DNA of 64,000 nucleotides, from contig OZ374563.1 of the NCBI GenBank assembly GCA_977862235.1, positions 1,302,001-1,366,000 of the forward strand, written 5' to 3'. The notes beneath the pieces are model-generated. The model did no database searches. It was not told the origin of the DNA and worked only from the letters and a program-made list of their open reading frames with translations. A program made the translations under genes and the position numbers. Positions 1-10,214 of this stretch are shown here, one piece after another (within the stretch, counting starts at the first letter, position 1; each line of letters opens with the position of its first letter). This DNA comes from Dudresnaya verticillata. Taxonomy: Eukaryota.

Positions 1-219
1 TAAGGCGAAAATAATCTCAACTGGCAGTTACTGGCTCGTGGTTGAATGGGTGACTTGGCTGCAGCGCTAGCATTGATTATGTTCCAACCCACTCGCGAGC
101 GTGCCACAATGGTGGCACGTGCGGTGCCAGCGGTTTGTCAGAACCGCCGAAGTCTATCAGCATTACGCACGAGTAATTCAATGCAGTTTGTCACACCTTT
201 CCTGCTGATTGGTTATTGG

Positions 220-3200
220 TTACTGCTGCTTGCTTTTTGTGCGAAGCGCGTTGATCTTATTCATCACCTGTTTCTGTTCCGGGAAGTCCGGGGGCAATAG
301 GCCTTGAGCGTCGCGAAAGAAGTCAACAAAGTCCTTGTACATATACCTTGGTTTTGGTCGCTTGATCTCGGGAATCTTCAGATACTGCTCATGCATATCC
401 GTGATCTTCTTGCTGTACAGAGGATTCATTCGTGACCTGCCACTAGATGCATTTTGCGGGTCTTCTTCATAGGAAACAATAGGCGTACCATCCTTTCCGA
501 TCATATAGAAGCGCTCGATATTTTTTCCGGCCTGATACAGCTTGTACCAGTATTGAAGCCTTCTCTCACTCGGAATATCACTTTTTTCCGGATGTCGAGA
601 GCGGAGGATGTTCTGCAGTTCAGCAGGACTGACTTCTTGCCCTTCTTCCCGTGAATCTAAGAGCTTAATCACTTCAGACCGGTACTGAACAGCAGCTGCG
701 TTCTCAACAAGGCCTTCTAGCATTGATGAGCGACGTCGGACTACTGGCTGTCGAGCCCACCCGAACACTAAGCTCCGAACAGTAAACTTTGCTGGCCCTC
801 TAAAGTCAAGTGCTGATAATGATAGCTGGTCGGAAGCGTCACGGAAGACAGGAAGCTTGCCGACTCGTAACATTTCAGAAACAACAACACTTGCTCGAGC
901 AGAGACATCCTTATCCACAGGCGGGCCTTTGCAGGCATGAGATCTTAGGCAGCTTTCGTTCTTGAAGCTCCGTTTGCAGCCTGAGCAGGTTGGGCCAGCC
1001 GTAATACTGCCGACAACGTTAGAGCCCTCTTCTTCCGGGACAGACTGCTTGTCGTCTTCAACATCACCACGTGCGACCGAGTACAGCTCTCTCATCGTAT
1101 CCGCAACCACTCCTCCAGTCACCCCATCCTCTTCTGCTGTCTTCCATTGCTGAAATGGCTTCAGCCTTTGCGCACAAATGCTCACCCTTACACCTGTAAC
1201 AGAACCAATCCAGGCTGCGCCTTGCAGTGATCCCATCCTTCTACCTTCAAGCTGTACATGTGCCCGTAGAACATTCAGCATCGAATCCTTTATCTCGAGG
1301 GATTGACCTTTACCAATCCCCGCATAATCATGAAGCCGTGCGATGACGCTGAGATTCCCCATGTCGCCTGAAGGATGGGCATCAGAGGCCGTCCATGCTT
1401 GGTACACAACGTCATTCTTGTGCCCAATGGATGGAAACATGGAGGCATCACTCTGCAAAGAGTTGGAAAATACATCATACTCGGGACCGAGGACAATGAG
1501 CTGGGCACCCATGCTCGCAAGACTTTGCTGCGTGTTGACACCGTGGACTATCTGCTCGGGGTTAACAACATTTTCAGGCAGAAACCTGCCTACAACGCCA
1601 AACTGGGCCTCTGTGAGGAACTGACAGACCTGAGAGCATGAGTAGATATACCTGGCTGCTCGAAAACCTGCACTCCTCGCTAAATGGGGAAGCAACGAAG
1701 GCAGGATGTGGTTCTTATAGCTGGGAGAGTTGTCACTGACAAACACCACTTCAGTTGCGCGAGGGAGATCCGCATGAATGCGATGGAGCAGCGCTTCCAA
1801 TACAAATGCCACGACTCTCAAATCTTTGTCGCGATCATTGCAAACCACATGGTTATAAAACAAAGTTTCAAAGTCTGATCCTGATTGATCTCCACCATTC
1901 GCCAAAGAGAAGACAACGCTGCCATGAATGCTGACGTCTTCCAGAGCAGGCGGGACGTGGGTTTGGGTTTTGTCGTCACGCAAGACGTCAGCATAGCTTG
2001 CATGGCTGATAAAGACAACTACCCGATTGTGCATCTTTTCGGACACTATTTCGGTAAATGTGGCTCTTATAGCTCTATCTTGCGCAGCTTTGGCGCAAAC
2101 TAAACCGAGATAGCATAGAAAGCGTTCCCTGCAGTTGAGGAGAGTCTGAGTGTCCGGGGTGGTGTCGTTGAGACCTGCTGCGGCATACATGCGGTCCAAC
2201 AAGACAAAGGGACACTGAAATCCTGCGCAATGTACAGGCCTGTCACACATCTGACGTGGACTCGACTGCAGGGTATCGCAGAGCAGAGCAAACTTCAAAT
2301 CGTGACAACCACTGCTGTCCTTGCCGATATGGCTCTCGGCAAAGGAATGGATGAGGAACCATTCCACCTTGTCAGCCTGCTTGAGGAAGTTTACACGGTG
2401 TTGGTACGGAATGATTCGCATAATGAAATCTCGAAGAAGTGTGAGCGGATCATTGACCAAAGTCATGGTCATAATGTCTGTCGGGACGATGCGACGGATC
2501 TCTCGACGGGTGAGGGTTTTGGCGACAGCATAGAAGGAACCTCTTGAAAGCGGTTTCTTACCAGTCCTGTGGATGAGCTTGCAATATTCATCATGTAAGA
2601 CACCCCCCTTCTTTGAGCAGACAACGGCGGGCAGCTGCAAGGTCCTACCGTGGGCGATTATTCTTTGGCGCGTCCAGGACACAAGCGAGACATTCGGGGC
2701 AGAAAAAAGAAAGGCCAGAAGCTGGCGCAGGGATTCGTCCTGAACCCTGGCACGTCCAAATTTGGCGGGTTGGAGCTCGCCGTAATCCATCAAGGTTTTC
2801 CAATCGCGCTTGGAGCGTGAGAAGGTTTTGCTGCTCATTCTCGGGAAAGTGGAGTTGCCGACGAGGCCCCTGGCGTCGCTCTCGTCATCATCGTCGTCAT
2901 CATCATCTTCATCATTGCGATGACCATTGTTGGCGTCCTCCGCGGAACGACGGCCAAGCCAAGTGGTGGAGCCAGTCGAGCGAGACTGCGAGAGCGGGGC
3001 AAAGGTGCTGACGCTCTCATTGTGGTCCAAGGGCTCTGTGGGGTGGCCTAAGACTTCGTTGACATCGGCGCGGGACATGGAATCTCCGGACAGGAGGCAT
3101 CGAAAGTATCGCCTGGCAATTGTACCGCGCTTGGTAGCCTTCATGGCGGCGACGACATTGTTGACGAGGTTCTCCTGGACACGGTTGGGGAGCGGGCGGC

Positions 3201-3696
3201 CCTCCCTCGGTAAAAACAGAGCGGCGAGACCATCCGCATCTGCCGGGCACAATAAGCGGGCGGCAGCACAGATAACGGACTCCATGAGGTCAACGGCGGG
3301 GCGGTTGGCGGGTGTGCGTGGGTTGAACCTTGCACCGGACGGGACGGGGTACTGCAGATGAGCCAGGGCGGTAGTATCGACGCCCATGGCGGTGAGGGCA
3401 TCGCGCAAGGCGAGACGCTCGGCCTCATAGGCCGGATGCGGCGGGCGGACGTTGGTGGAGACGAGGCAGCTGGGGGCTGTGGCCGGGCGTGGTGCCGGGA
3501 GCGGAAATGGCGGGGGTGGCGGCGGAGCCGGGGCGGGGGCTGGCGGGGCCGGGAGGACGAGAAAGGCCGGACCGGGCAGGGCCGGGGTGTGGCGCGGGCG
3601 CTTCGGCGGGGGCGGGTGCGGACGGCAGGCGCAGGAGTAGTGCGGGCAGGCGCGGCAGCGGTGGCAGCGGACAAGGCCGCAGTGGCAGGAGGGCAT
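220..3696 (-). CDS. Transposase-derived protein resembling Sola-type DDE transposases, with degenerate catalytic motifs, an N-terminal Cys cluster and a C2H2-like zinc finger
   Basis: Intact intronless ORF; first ATG at 3696 (MPSCHCGLVRCHRCRACPHYSCAC). Ordered motifs PLSRGSFY, CHDLKFAL, VSIHGSVV, DLRVVAFVLEALL and VFVSDNSPSYKN resemble Sola-type transposases as recalled. Zinc finger CSGCKRSFKNESCLRSHAC. The gene itself is well supported; the family call is moderate. Confidence 0.6.
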   Translation of the reverse strand: MPSCHCGLVRCHRCRACPHYSCACRPHPPPPKRPRHTPALPGPAFLVLPAPPAPAPAPPPPPPFPLPAPRPATAPSCLVSTNVRPPHPAYEAERLALRDALTAMGVDTTALAHLQYPVPSGARFNPRTPANRPAVDLMESVICAAARLLCPADADGLAALFLPREGRPLPNRVQENLVNNVVAAMKATKRGTIARRYFRCLLSGDSMSRADVNEVLGHPTEPLDHNESVSTFAPLSQSRSTGSTTWLGRRSAEDANNGHRNDEDDDDDDDDESDARGLVGNSTFPRMSSKTFSRSKRDWKTLMDYGELQPAKFGRARVQDESLRQLLAFLFSAPNVSLVSWTRQRIIAHGRTLQLPAVVCSKKGGVLHDEYCKLIHRTGKKPLSRGSFYAVAKTLTRREIRRIVPTDIMTMTLVNDPLTLLRDFIMRIIPYQHRVNFLKQADKVEWFLIHSFAESHIGKDSSGCHDLKFALLCDTLQSSPRQMCDRPVHCAGFQCPFVLLDRMYAAAGLNDTTPDTQTLLNCRERFLCYLGLVCAKAAQDRAIRATFTEIVSEKMHNRVVVFISHASYADVLRDDKTQTHVPPALEDVSIHGSVVFSLANGGDQSGSDFETLFYNHVVCNDRDKDLRVVAFVLEALLHRIHADLPRATEVVFVSDNSPSYKNHILPSLLPHLARSAGFRAARYIYSCSQVCQFLTEAQFGVVGRFLPENVVNPEQIVHGVNTQQSLASMGAQLIVLGPEYDVFSNSLQSDASMFPSIGHKNDVVYQAWTASDAHPSGDMGNLSVIARLHDYAGIGKGQSLEIKDSMLNVLRAHVQLEGRRMGSLQGAAWIGSVTGVRVSICAQRLKPFQQWKTAEEDGVTGGVVADTMRELYSVARGDVEDDKQSVPEEEGSNVVGSITAGPTCSGCKRSFKNESCLRSHACKGPPVDKDVSARASVVVSEMLRVGKLPVFRDASDQLSLSALDFRGPAKFTVRSLVFGWARQPVVRRRSSMLEGLVENAAAVQYRSEVIKLLDSREEGQEVSPAELQNILRSRHPEKSDIPSERRLQYWYKLYQAGKNIERFYMIGKDGTPIVSYEEDPQNASSGRSRMNPLYSKKITDMHEQYLKIPEIKRPKPRYMYKDFVDFFRDAQGLLPPDFPEQKQVMNKINALRTKSKQQ

Positions 3697-4263
3697 GGCA
3701 CTGGAGAGGGAGACGGCGGGCGGGGGGGGGGGGGGGGTTGGGGGGAAGGAAGTCGGGAGGAGGTGTTGGGGGTGGGGGCTTTGGTCAGAGGACGGTGGGG
3801 GAGGGGAGTGTGTTTCGTTGTGTGCGGACTGCCGGTTTGAAGATACAGTGAGAAGCAAAGGTGGCGGGGCGCTGGCGCTGGCGGCGGCACCTTCGAGTGG
3901 GCGGCCAATGGTGTGCGCGCGGGGCGCACGCGCGCGCGCAACGCGCGGCTATTTTGAGATCGGCGAAGAGGGGACGCCGCCACTGATACCGTTGTTCGGC
4001 ATAAAGCAACACGTCTCGCGTGCCATCTTCGTAATGTTTTTGAGCAACCAACACGTGCCGCTCCGCTTTCTGCTCCCGGCCGAAGCCCCCCCGCCCCGTA
4101 TCCCCACTGCCGCTGCCGCCACTGCTCGCCCCCGACCGCCCGCACCCCCCCCCGGCTGTCCGTCCCCGAACGCCCGCCCTCCGGCCGCACGCTGCCCGCT
4201 GACTGCCGCCGCTACCCGCCGCCGCTACCCGCCACCGCCACCCGCCGCCCGCCGCCCCGCGCC

Positions 4264-6723
4264 ATGCTCCCGGAGCCCGCGCCGCCCGCCGAGCGCTTCC
4301 GCGCGCTCTTCCACCGCCTCGACGCCGCCTCCGCCTGGCAACCGCTGCTCCCTCCGCCGGCGCTCCGCCTCGCGCGCCGCGCCGCGGCTTCCCCAGGCTC
4401 GTGGCACCGCTTCTTCACCTCCGCTGATCCGGAAGCGGCCTCGCCCCCGCCCTCCTCCCCCGCGCCGCCCCCCACGCGCACCTCCCCAGCCGCCACCCCG
4501 CACCCTTCGCCGGCTGCAACCCCGAAGCCCTCCCCGTCCGCAGCGCACCCCCGAACCCCCCGCAGGGGCCGTCCGCGCTCACCGGCTCTCGTCGTCGGAC
4601 GCGTTGTGCGCCGCCGTCTCGCCATTGCCGCTGTTGACCGTGCCGTCTTTTCCGACCTTCCGGTCGTCAACCCGCCACACGAGAATGCTGCCTATGAGCC
4701 CGATCTGGGTATCATGCCCGGCGACGATGGCGGTTATACCGACTATGCAGATCTGCATCGCGAGGAGCGTCGTGCACTTCGCCAAGTCACCGGTGTTTAC
4801 ACCTTGCTTGGCTGCGACGATGACCCGGAAGCACCCGCTTGCGATGAAGATCCTTCCCAGAGAGTCGCCCGCCCAGCTTCCAGTCCGAAACGCCCTAGGC
4901 GAACCCCTGCTCTCGGACTCGCCGATGAGATGGAGGCCTTTGTGCGTGGCTTGAGGCAGTTGTGCGAGCCGCATCGCGATGCTGCCCAGGTGGAGAGCGA
5001 CAAGGGACGCGACGTCCCCAAGAATATTCATCGGAAGGCCGTGTCGGCTGCGAGTGTTGTGGAGGAGCTCAAGGAACTCGAGCATAAGGCTGCCATCGGC
5101 AGGTTTGAGCGAGTCGAAGAGTGCATTTCCGCCGTGTCGGCCTGTATTGGCAATCAGGATGAGACGTTTCGTGATGTCCTCGGCTCTGTTGATGACCGCG
5201 CGGAAACTTTGCGTGATCTGCAGCGACAGCGTAGGGAGAAGATAGAAGCTGTTGCCGCCGTGAAGGAGTTGACTACTGGAATTTTGGGGGGCGACACGAG
5301 TGAGGTCGACGCCTTGCAGTTGGATGACGAAATGGATACCGATGATGAGACAAAGCCGGATATCAACCTCGAAGATGTCCACGATCTTGAGTCGACTACG
5401 ATGCAGATTCCGTACTCAGAAGCAGATCTGCGTTGCTGGCCGTCTAACGATTTGTCTGAGTTGTCGGAGATGTCGAAAGCCTTTCCTCGGCTCCCCGTTT
5501 TCCACACTACTGCTATGGACAAGTCGCTTGATGGAACGCTTATCGATTCCACTAACGCGAAAGAAAAGAAAAGAGCTCAGGACGACCTTGTCTCTATTAT
5601 TGGCCTGGATAATCCGGTCATGAAGAACGTCTTGGGCCTGCTTCGCATACACCGTCTACGCAAAGCTGGTTTTGCAAAGCTGCAAGTCTTGACGAGACGA
5701 AAAGCTCAGGTTTCTGCAAAAGCCGCGACTGGTAATGCCCCTGCAGGTCAGAACGCGAGAGCATCAACTACAAAAACAGAACACGCTATAGTGCCAATTT
5801 CTACTCCTGGCGGTGCCTCGCAGCCTATTAAGGTTGTTTCGCCTCAAGGGCATTTGTTGAAAGGATCGATAGAACGTGGATCGAATCAGTCACGGGAGGG
5901 GCGCCTTGTAGACCTAGACATCAAGAACGATCCTTTCTCAGATGCTGACAGCGGTGGGCAGGCGTGTTCGGAAGCTAGAGAACGAGCTCTTGCTCGTTCT
6001 GCCTGTGCGCTGATGCTTTGCCATGGAGGTTTCACTCATGCTTCTTCAACAGCGTTAGATATCACTGCAGATGTCCTGGAGCACTTTGTTACTCAAATCG
6101 GCCGATCACTCACATCCTGCCGAGAGAACATTGACCGAGAGGAAGAAGAGGAAGGGGATCCGAGAACCCAGCGCGTGATGTCCAAAAATGAAGCCATGGA
6201 ACAGCTGGATATCATAAGCAACTCTGGGTTTCGTGGAGGCTTTCCCCGCCTTGTCAACTACATCAAGTCTGATCTTGTTCGCATAGAGCAATCGAGTCGA
6301 GAGGCAGAAAGCAGGTTGCGAATGCAGCTTTCCAAACTGGACTCCCTAGCAGAGGAAGCGCATCTGAGGCTTCCTCCATCGCCAGGCGAAAAGGATAAGT
6401 CGTCTATGTCTAATAAGAAGGATGGCGTCTCTGATAGTGCAGCCGACACCGAGAAACTGGAGGAGACGTCAAAGGAGGAAATTTACCTCGATGACGCAGC
6501 TTTCACATTTGGATACGTGACGAACACAGTCCGTTTTGATGTTCTTGGTTCGATCAATGTGCCACGGGAACTTGCTCTAAAGGATTCCGGTCGTGATCCG
6601 AGCAGTGTTGACAAAGCTTTCTCAGAAGCCGCTACCAACGGTATAAAGGTCGAAGGCGCTGAAACACAGCTAGAGGGTCACGTGGCAAGTGCGGAACGCT
6701 CTCCCATGGATCTTGAAACGTAG
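4264..6723 (+). CDS. Histone-fold (Bromo_TP) protein, SPT7/SUPT7L- or TAF-like transcription cofactor subunit
   Basis: 819-aa ATG ORF. ALARSACALMLCHGGFTHASSTALDITADVLEHFVTQIGRSL matches the bromodomain-associated histone fold. Confidence 0.7.
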   Translation: MLPEPAPPAERFRALFHRLDAASAWQPLLPPPALRLARRAAASPGSWHRFFTSADPEAASPPPSSPAPPPTRTSPAATPHPSPAATPKPSPSAAHPRTPRRGRPRSPALVVGRVVRRRLAIAAVDRAVFSDLPVVNPPHENAAYEPDLGIMPGDDGGYTDYADLHREERRALRQVTGVYTLLGCDDDPEAPACDEDPSQRVARPASSPKRPRRTPALGLADEMEAFVRGLRQLCEPHRDAAQVESDKGRDVPKNIHRKAVSAASVVEELKELEHKAAIGRFERVEECISAVSACIGNQDETFRDVLGSVDDRAETLRDLQRQRREKIEAVAAVKELTTGILGGDTSEVDALQLDDEMDTDDETKPDINLEDVHDLESTTMQIPYSEADLRCWPSNDLSELSEMSKAFPRLPVFHTTAMDKSLDGTLIDSTNAKEKKRAQDDLVSIIGLDNPVMKNVLGLLRIHRLRKAGFAKLQVLTRRKAQVSAKAATGNAPAGQNARASTTKTEHAIVPISTPGGASQPIKVVSPQGHLLKGSIERGSNQSREGRLVDLDIKNDPFSDADSGGQACSEARERALARSACALMLCHGGFTHASSTALDITADVLEHFVTQIGRSLTSCRENIDREEEEEGDPRTQRVMSKNEAMEQLDIISNSGFRGGFPRLVNYIKSDLVRIEQSSREAESRLRMQLSKLDSLAEEAHLRLPPSPGEKDKSSMSNKKDGVSDSAADTEKLEETSKEEIYLDDAAFTFGYVTNTVRFDVLGSINVPRELALKDSGRDPSSVDKAFSEAATNGIKVEGAETQLEGHVASAERSPMDLET

Positions 6724-7046
6724 GGAATCGACTTGTCTTTTGATCAAGCCCTACATGATGGTTCACGTTGACTCGTGGAGTGAGCGCCTTGTTGCCGAGT
6801 CTCGTCATGACTGACACCCAATATCTCACTTTGATAAGTTATACTATACATACACCTGCGCCTGCAACGAGACACACTTATTTGGCATCTACTGAACCGT
6901 CATTTCGTCTAAACTCTTGCAATGCCGTTCCCACATAATGGGATTGACTTTTAACAAAACTGCGTTTTGAAGGCCGCATCAACCCTTGGAGGTTCTTGTT
7001 AGTTATATTTCTCGTAAGACTATTGCCTACGAGCGGATGGCGCATC

Positions 7047-9545
7047 TTACGCCGGTAGAGCATGTTTTGTCGATGCATCAATTGGAAGCATACCTGGCTT
7101 CTCATTTCCCTTCAGGTTTTGCAATGCTTGTCGGGCACTGTAAACCACTTGCGAAGCGCTCATTCCGGAAGAGGACAGTGCAGTAAGTAGTCTCACAGCT
7201 CCTGCCTTGGTGAGGACGGTTCTCGTGATGCCCTCGGAATACGCGACATTGCAAATTCCAATGGTAGCGTACTGCATGACCTCGGGTGCATCTTCGCCGC
7301 GCCCGCCGTTCTTCGAGACCATGTCAACAAGCCATTTTATCGCCCCACTGCTTGCAAGGGACCCGTGCACTTCTATCACTTGGGATAAGTGGCTAAGACA
7401 CAGCGCCACATCCCTCACAACCATTGGATCCTCAGAAGCTGATTTGAGAAGCACAGAAACGATGTCTGCCTCGATGAGTTTGGTAGCGTGTTCGTATGCT
7501 TCAGATATCTTGGCTAAAGCGCCGATCGCATACCTTCGCGCATCACCTGTCATTAAAGCCGCTGTTTGTACTAGCGGAATTAGCGCTCCTCCTTGACCAA
7601 GCATCACTCGGCTCACACCTCCGAGGGATAGGTTGTACAGTCCTCGTGCTCCTTCCCGCCGAGCATCATCGTTCCCCTTCGCTGACAGAGCCAGAAGTAG
7701 TACCTTCAACGCCCCATGGGCGATCTCGGCGTGATGCTCTTGACTTCGAGCCATGTTGGCGAAGAAGGCCGCAGACCAACGGCCGTTCTTTTCTAAACAC
7801 GGTCGTTGCAGGACTGCCCTAAGAGCTCCCCGCGATTCGAGAAGGTTCGTGAACTGATCCCGGCCAGAGAGCAAGCTTAATGCGGCTACCGACTCCTCCC
7901 AGTATTCGCCTTTCCCTTTGGTCGCCCCGCGCACAAGGGCCTCTAAGAGGCCCTTATCCACCATTCGTGTAGCCACAGCAATGTCCTTACACATACACCG
8001 AACAGCGCGCAAAGCAACCACATCTCCACGTGCCACATCGCCATGAATTATTTGACCAGTTTCTTCGGCAAGCAACATCGCCATCTTTGGGGGAACAACA
8101 GTTCCCACCGGTGCGTGTGTGCTTTTGTCCTTCTCCGTATCTCCGAATAGTGCCATCAAAGTGCGATAAACGGACCGCTTGACGCCAATGTTCTTCTCTC
8201 TGAGCAGCTTTGCAAAACTTGCGAACGAGGGTTCAAGCCACCTGCGAATAATATCAGCTTTGTAATGCCCCGTGGTCATCAAATCGCCAAACGCTAACGT
8301 AGCAAACAGCTGCGTCTGCGGGTTCGACTTGCTTTCCATACCAGAAACCAACGCGTCAACCACACCACTCACAACCAGTTCCCGATGCACACGCCATGCG
8401 TCTGTCCCCTTTTCCTCTCCATGTCGTGCTAGGTTTCGAATGCCACCCGCAGCGTACATCTGCGACACGGAATCAGCCTCCTGCTGCATGAAATGTATCA
8501 ATCTTTTATGTCCACCACCCGCCACAACATCCGCAGGAGCAGACTTTGCCAACGCTGCTACAGACAAGATTGTGTATCGTAACAATTCAATCAGCTCTTG
8601 GTCAACGTCTTCGCGTACGTCCGCACGTTTGAGTGCGTCATTGAGTAGGGGAAGCACACCCGCAGAAAGCAGCTCACCATGCATGCCCGAGTTTCTAGCA
8701 AGATTGGAAAGGCAGCGCATAGCATGATAGGCAATGCCTGCACCGAGATCAATGTTAGGCAGAGCCGGGGTGGTGGGAAGGCCAGCAGAGAGGTAATCGA
8801 CCATGGCATCACCGTTGGATATTCCAGCACGACGATCCCCTGCAGCGTCTTCTGCCTCCTTCTTATTCTTTTCCACGGCAGGTACAGAGCTATACCCAAA
8901 TGGGGAGAGTAGCCATGCCAACCATCCGGTGCTTGCGGTTGCAGGCGGCGGGTACTGACGAAGCACGTCGGTCAGGCGGGTGGCGATGGAGCTGTTTCGG
9001 AAGAATTGGTGGGCTGGCTCGGACTTGGAGAGATCTGCAAGGACCCGTAACAGGTTGACGCGCAGCGGAGCAGCGACGTCGGGTGGGTGGGCTGCGCAGG
9101 CGGAGAGAGCCGAGGAAAGCGCCGAGACGGCTCCTGCGCGCAGTAGCGGAAGGTGGTTGTCGACGTCGTTTGCAAGGACAGCGAGCGCTTGCACGGCGGG
9201 CATGTCCGCCTCAGCAACGGCGGATAGTAGGGCGACATGGGGTGAGGGCGGAAGTTGAGGTGCGGAAGCTGCAGTTGGGTGAGTTGGTGAGGTTGCCGAA
9301 GGGCGGTCCACGATGGACGTCGGGGTTGTATACAATGGGGCGGAAGAGGGCGCAAGGTCAGCGCGGGCGGTTCGTTGTTGCGAAACGGCAGCACCCGCAG
9401 CGGCGAGCGCGAGCACGAGCGCTGGGGAGACCGTCCTTTGGGCGGATTCGGATCCGGCCGTACCGGTCGGGGCCGGGTGGTGGCGGCAGAGCCGGGCGGC
9501 AGTCGTGGAGAGAGCACGCAGGGCGCCCCGCGATGGCGCAGACAT
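7047..9545 (-). CDS. Armadillo-repeat protein, possibly mitochondrion-targeted
   Basis: First ATG at 9545 (MSAPSRGALRALSTTAARLC, an Arg/Ser/Ala-rich presequence). Repeated ARM helices include AMRCLSNLA, AAGGIRNLA, GARGLYNLS and AIGALAKIS. Confidence 0.8.
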   Translation of the reverse strand: MSAPSRGALRALSTTAARLCRHHPAPTGTAGSESAQRTVSPALVLALAAAGAAVSQQRTARADLAPSSAPLYTTPTSIVDRPSATSPTHPTAASAPQLPPSPHVALLSAVAEADMPAVQALAVLANDVDNHLPLLRAGAVSALSSALSACAAHPPDVAAPLRVNLLRVLADLSKSEPAHQFFRNSSIATRLTDVLRQYPPPATASTGWLAWLLSPFGYSSVPAVEKNKKEAEDAAGDRRAGISNGDAMVDYLSAGLPTTPALPNIDLGAGIAYHAMRCLSNLARNSGMHGELLSAGVLPLLNDALKRADVREDVDQELIELLRYTILSVAALAKSAPADVVAGGGHKRLIHFMQQEADSVSQMYAAGGIRNLARHGEEKGTDAWRVHRELVVSGVVDALVSGMESKSNPQTQLFATLAFGDLMTTGHYKADIIRRWLEPSFASFAKLLREKNIGVKRSVYRTLMALFGDTEKDKSTHAPVGTVVPPKMAMLLAEETGQIIHGDVARGDVVALRAVRCMCKDIAVATRMVDKGLLEALVRGATKGKGEYWEESVAALSLLSGRDQFTNLLESRGALRAVLQRPCLEKNGRWSAAFFANMARSQEHHAEIAHGALKVLLLALSAKGNDDARREGARGLYNLSLGGVSRVMLGQGGALIPLVQTAALMTGDARRYAIGALAKISEAYEHATKLIEADIVSVLLKSASEDPMVVRDVALCLSHLSQVIEVHGSLASSGAIKWLVDMVSKNGGRGEDAPEVMQYATIGICNVAYSEGITRTVLTKAGAVRLLTALSSSGMSASQVVYSARQALQNLKGNEKPGMLPIDASTKHALPA

Positions 9546-10214
9546 GGCGATGAGGGTGGGATGGCTGGGCGCGGCCAAGGTGAGTTGAACGAGAAAACGG
9601 CGTCCGATGAGGACGACGGCTTCGGCGCTTCGACCGAAGCCTGGGTGTTTGCATGGGGTTCGATGCGCCGTCCACCGCCGGTGGGCCGGATCAAGTGACC
9701 AACGTGTCACGTTTCACCAGCCAATTGCTATGGTCCACTTGGCTGATGAACAGCGGCATGACACAACTCTCAAATAGTCGTCCGACACCTGCCGATATAT
9801 TGTTGGCGAGATGCATCTTGCACACCAAGTGCTGATTGGCTTAGCCGAATAATTCATTCAGATCGGCCCACATAAAATATCTCGCGCGCCGTGACCGGAG
9901 ATCTGCCTCTTGCAGCCACAGGAGAGGGCACGTGAACACGTTTGGTGCGCTGAATGGTCCCCCTGTCGCCCGCTCCGGTTTCTATGGAAGTATCCATCTC
10001 GGCCAATTGAGCCCTGTTTGATGCCGCATAGCCTCCAGATATACCCGTCTCTCAAACATACACAGTTGTGCTCTCGGCTCCAAGGGGAGCTTCCATGACT
10101 ATAAAGTTCGAGCCAACTCGAGCTGCACCGCAATGCGGCACCGACAACTCTGAAGGATGCTCCGCGGAAACTATTCTTGAACAATTTCACGAAGCAAAGT
10201 ACCCCCCGATAAGC

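Noticed and set aside
3141..4954. Long ORFs 3141-4190 (-) and 3695-4954 (+)
   Set aside because: These are GC-rich shadow frames overlapping two better-supported genes; low-complexity Pro/Arg/Ala with no domain.
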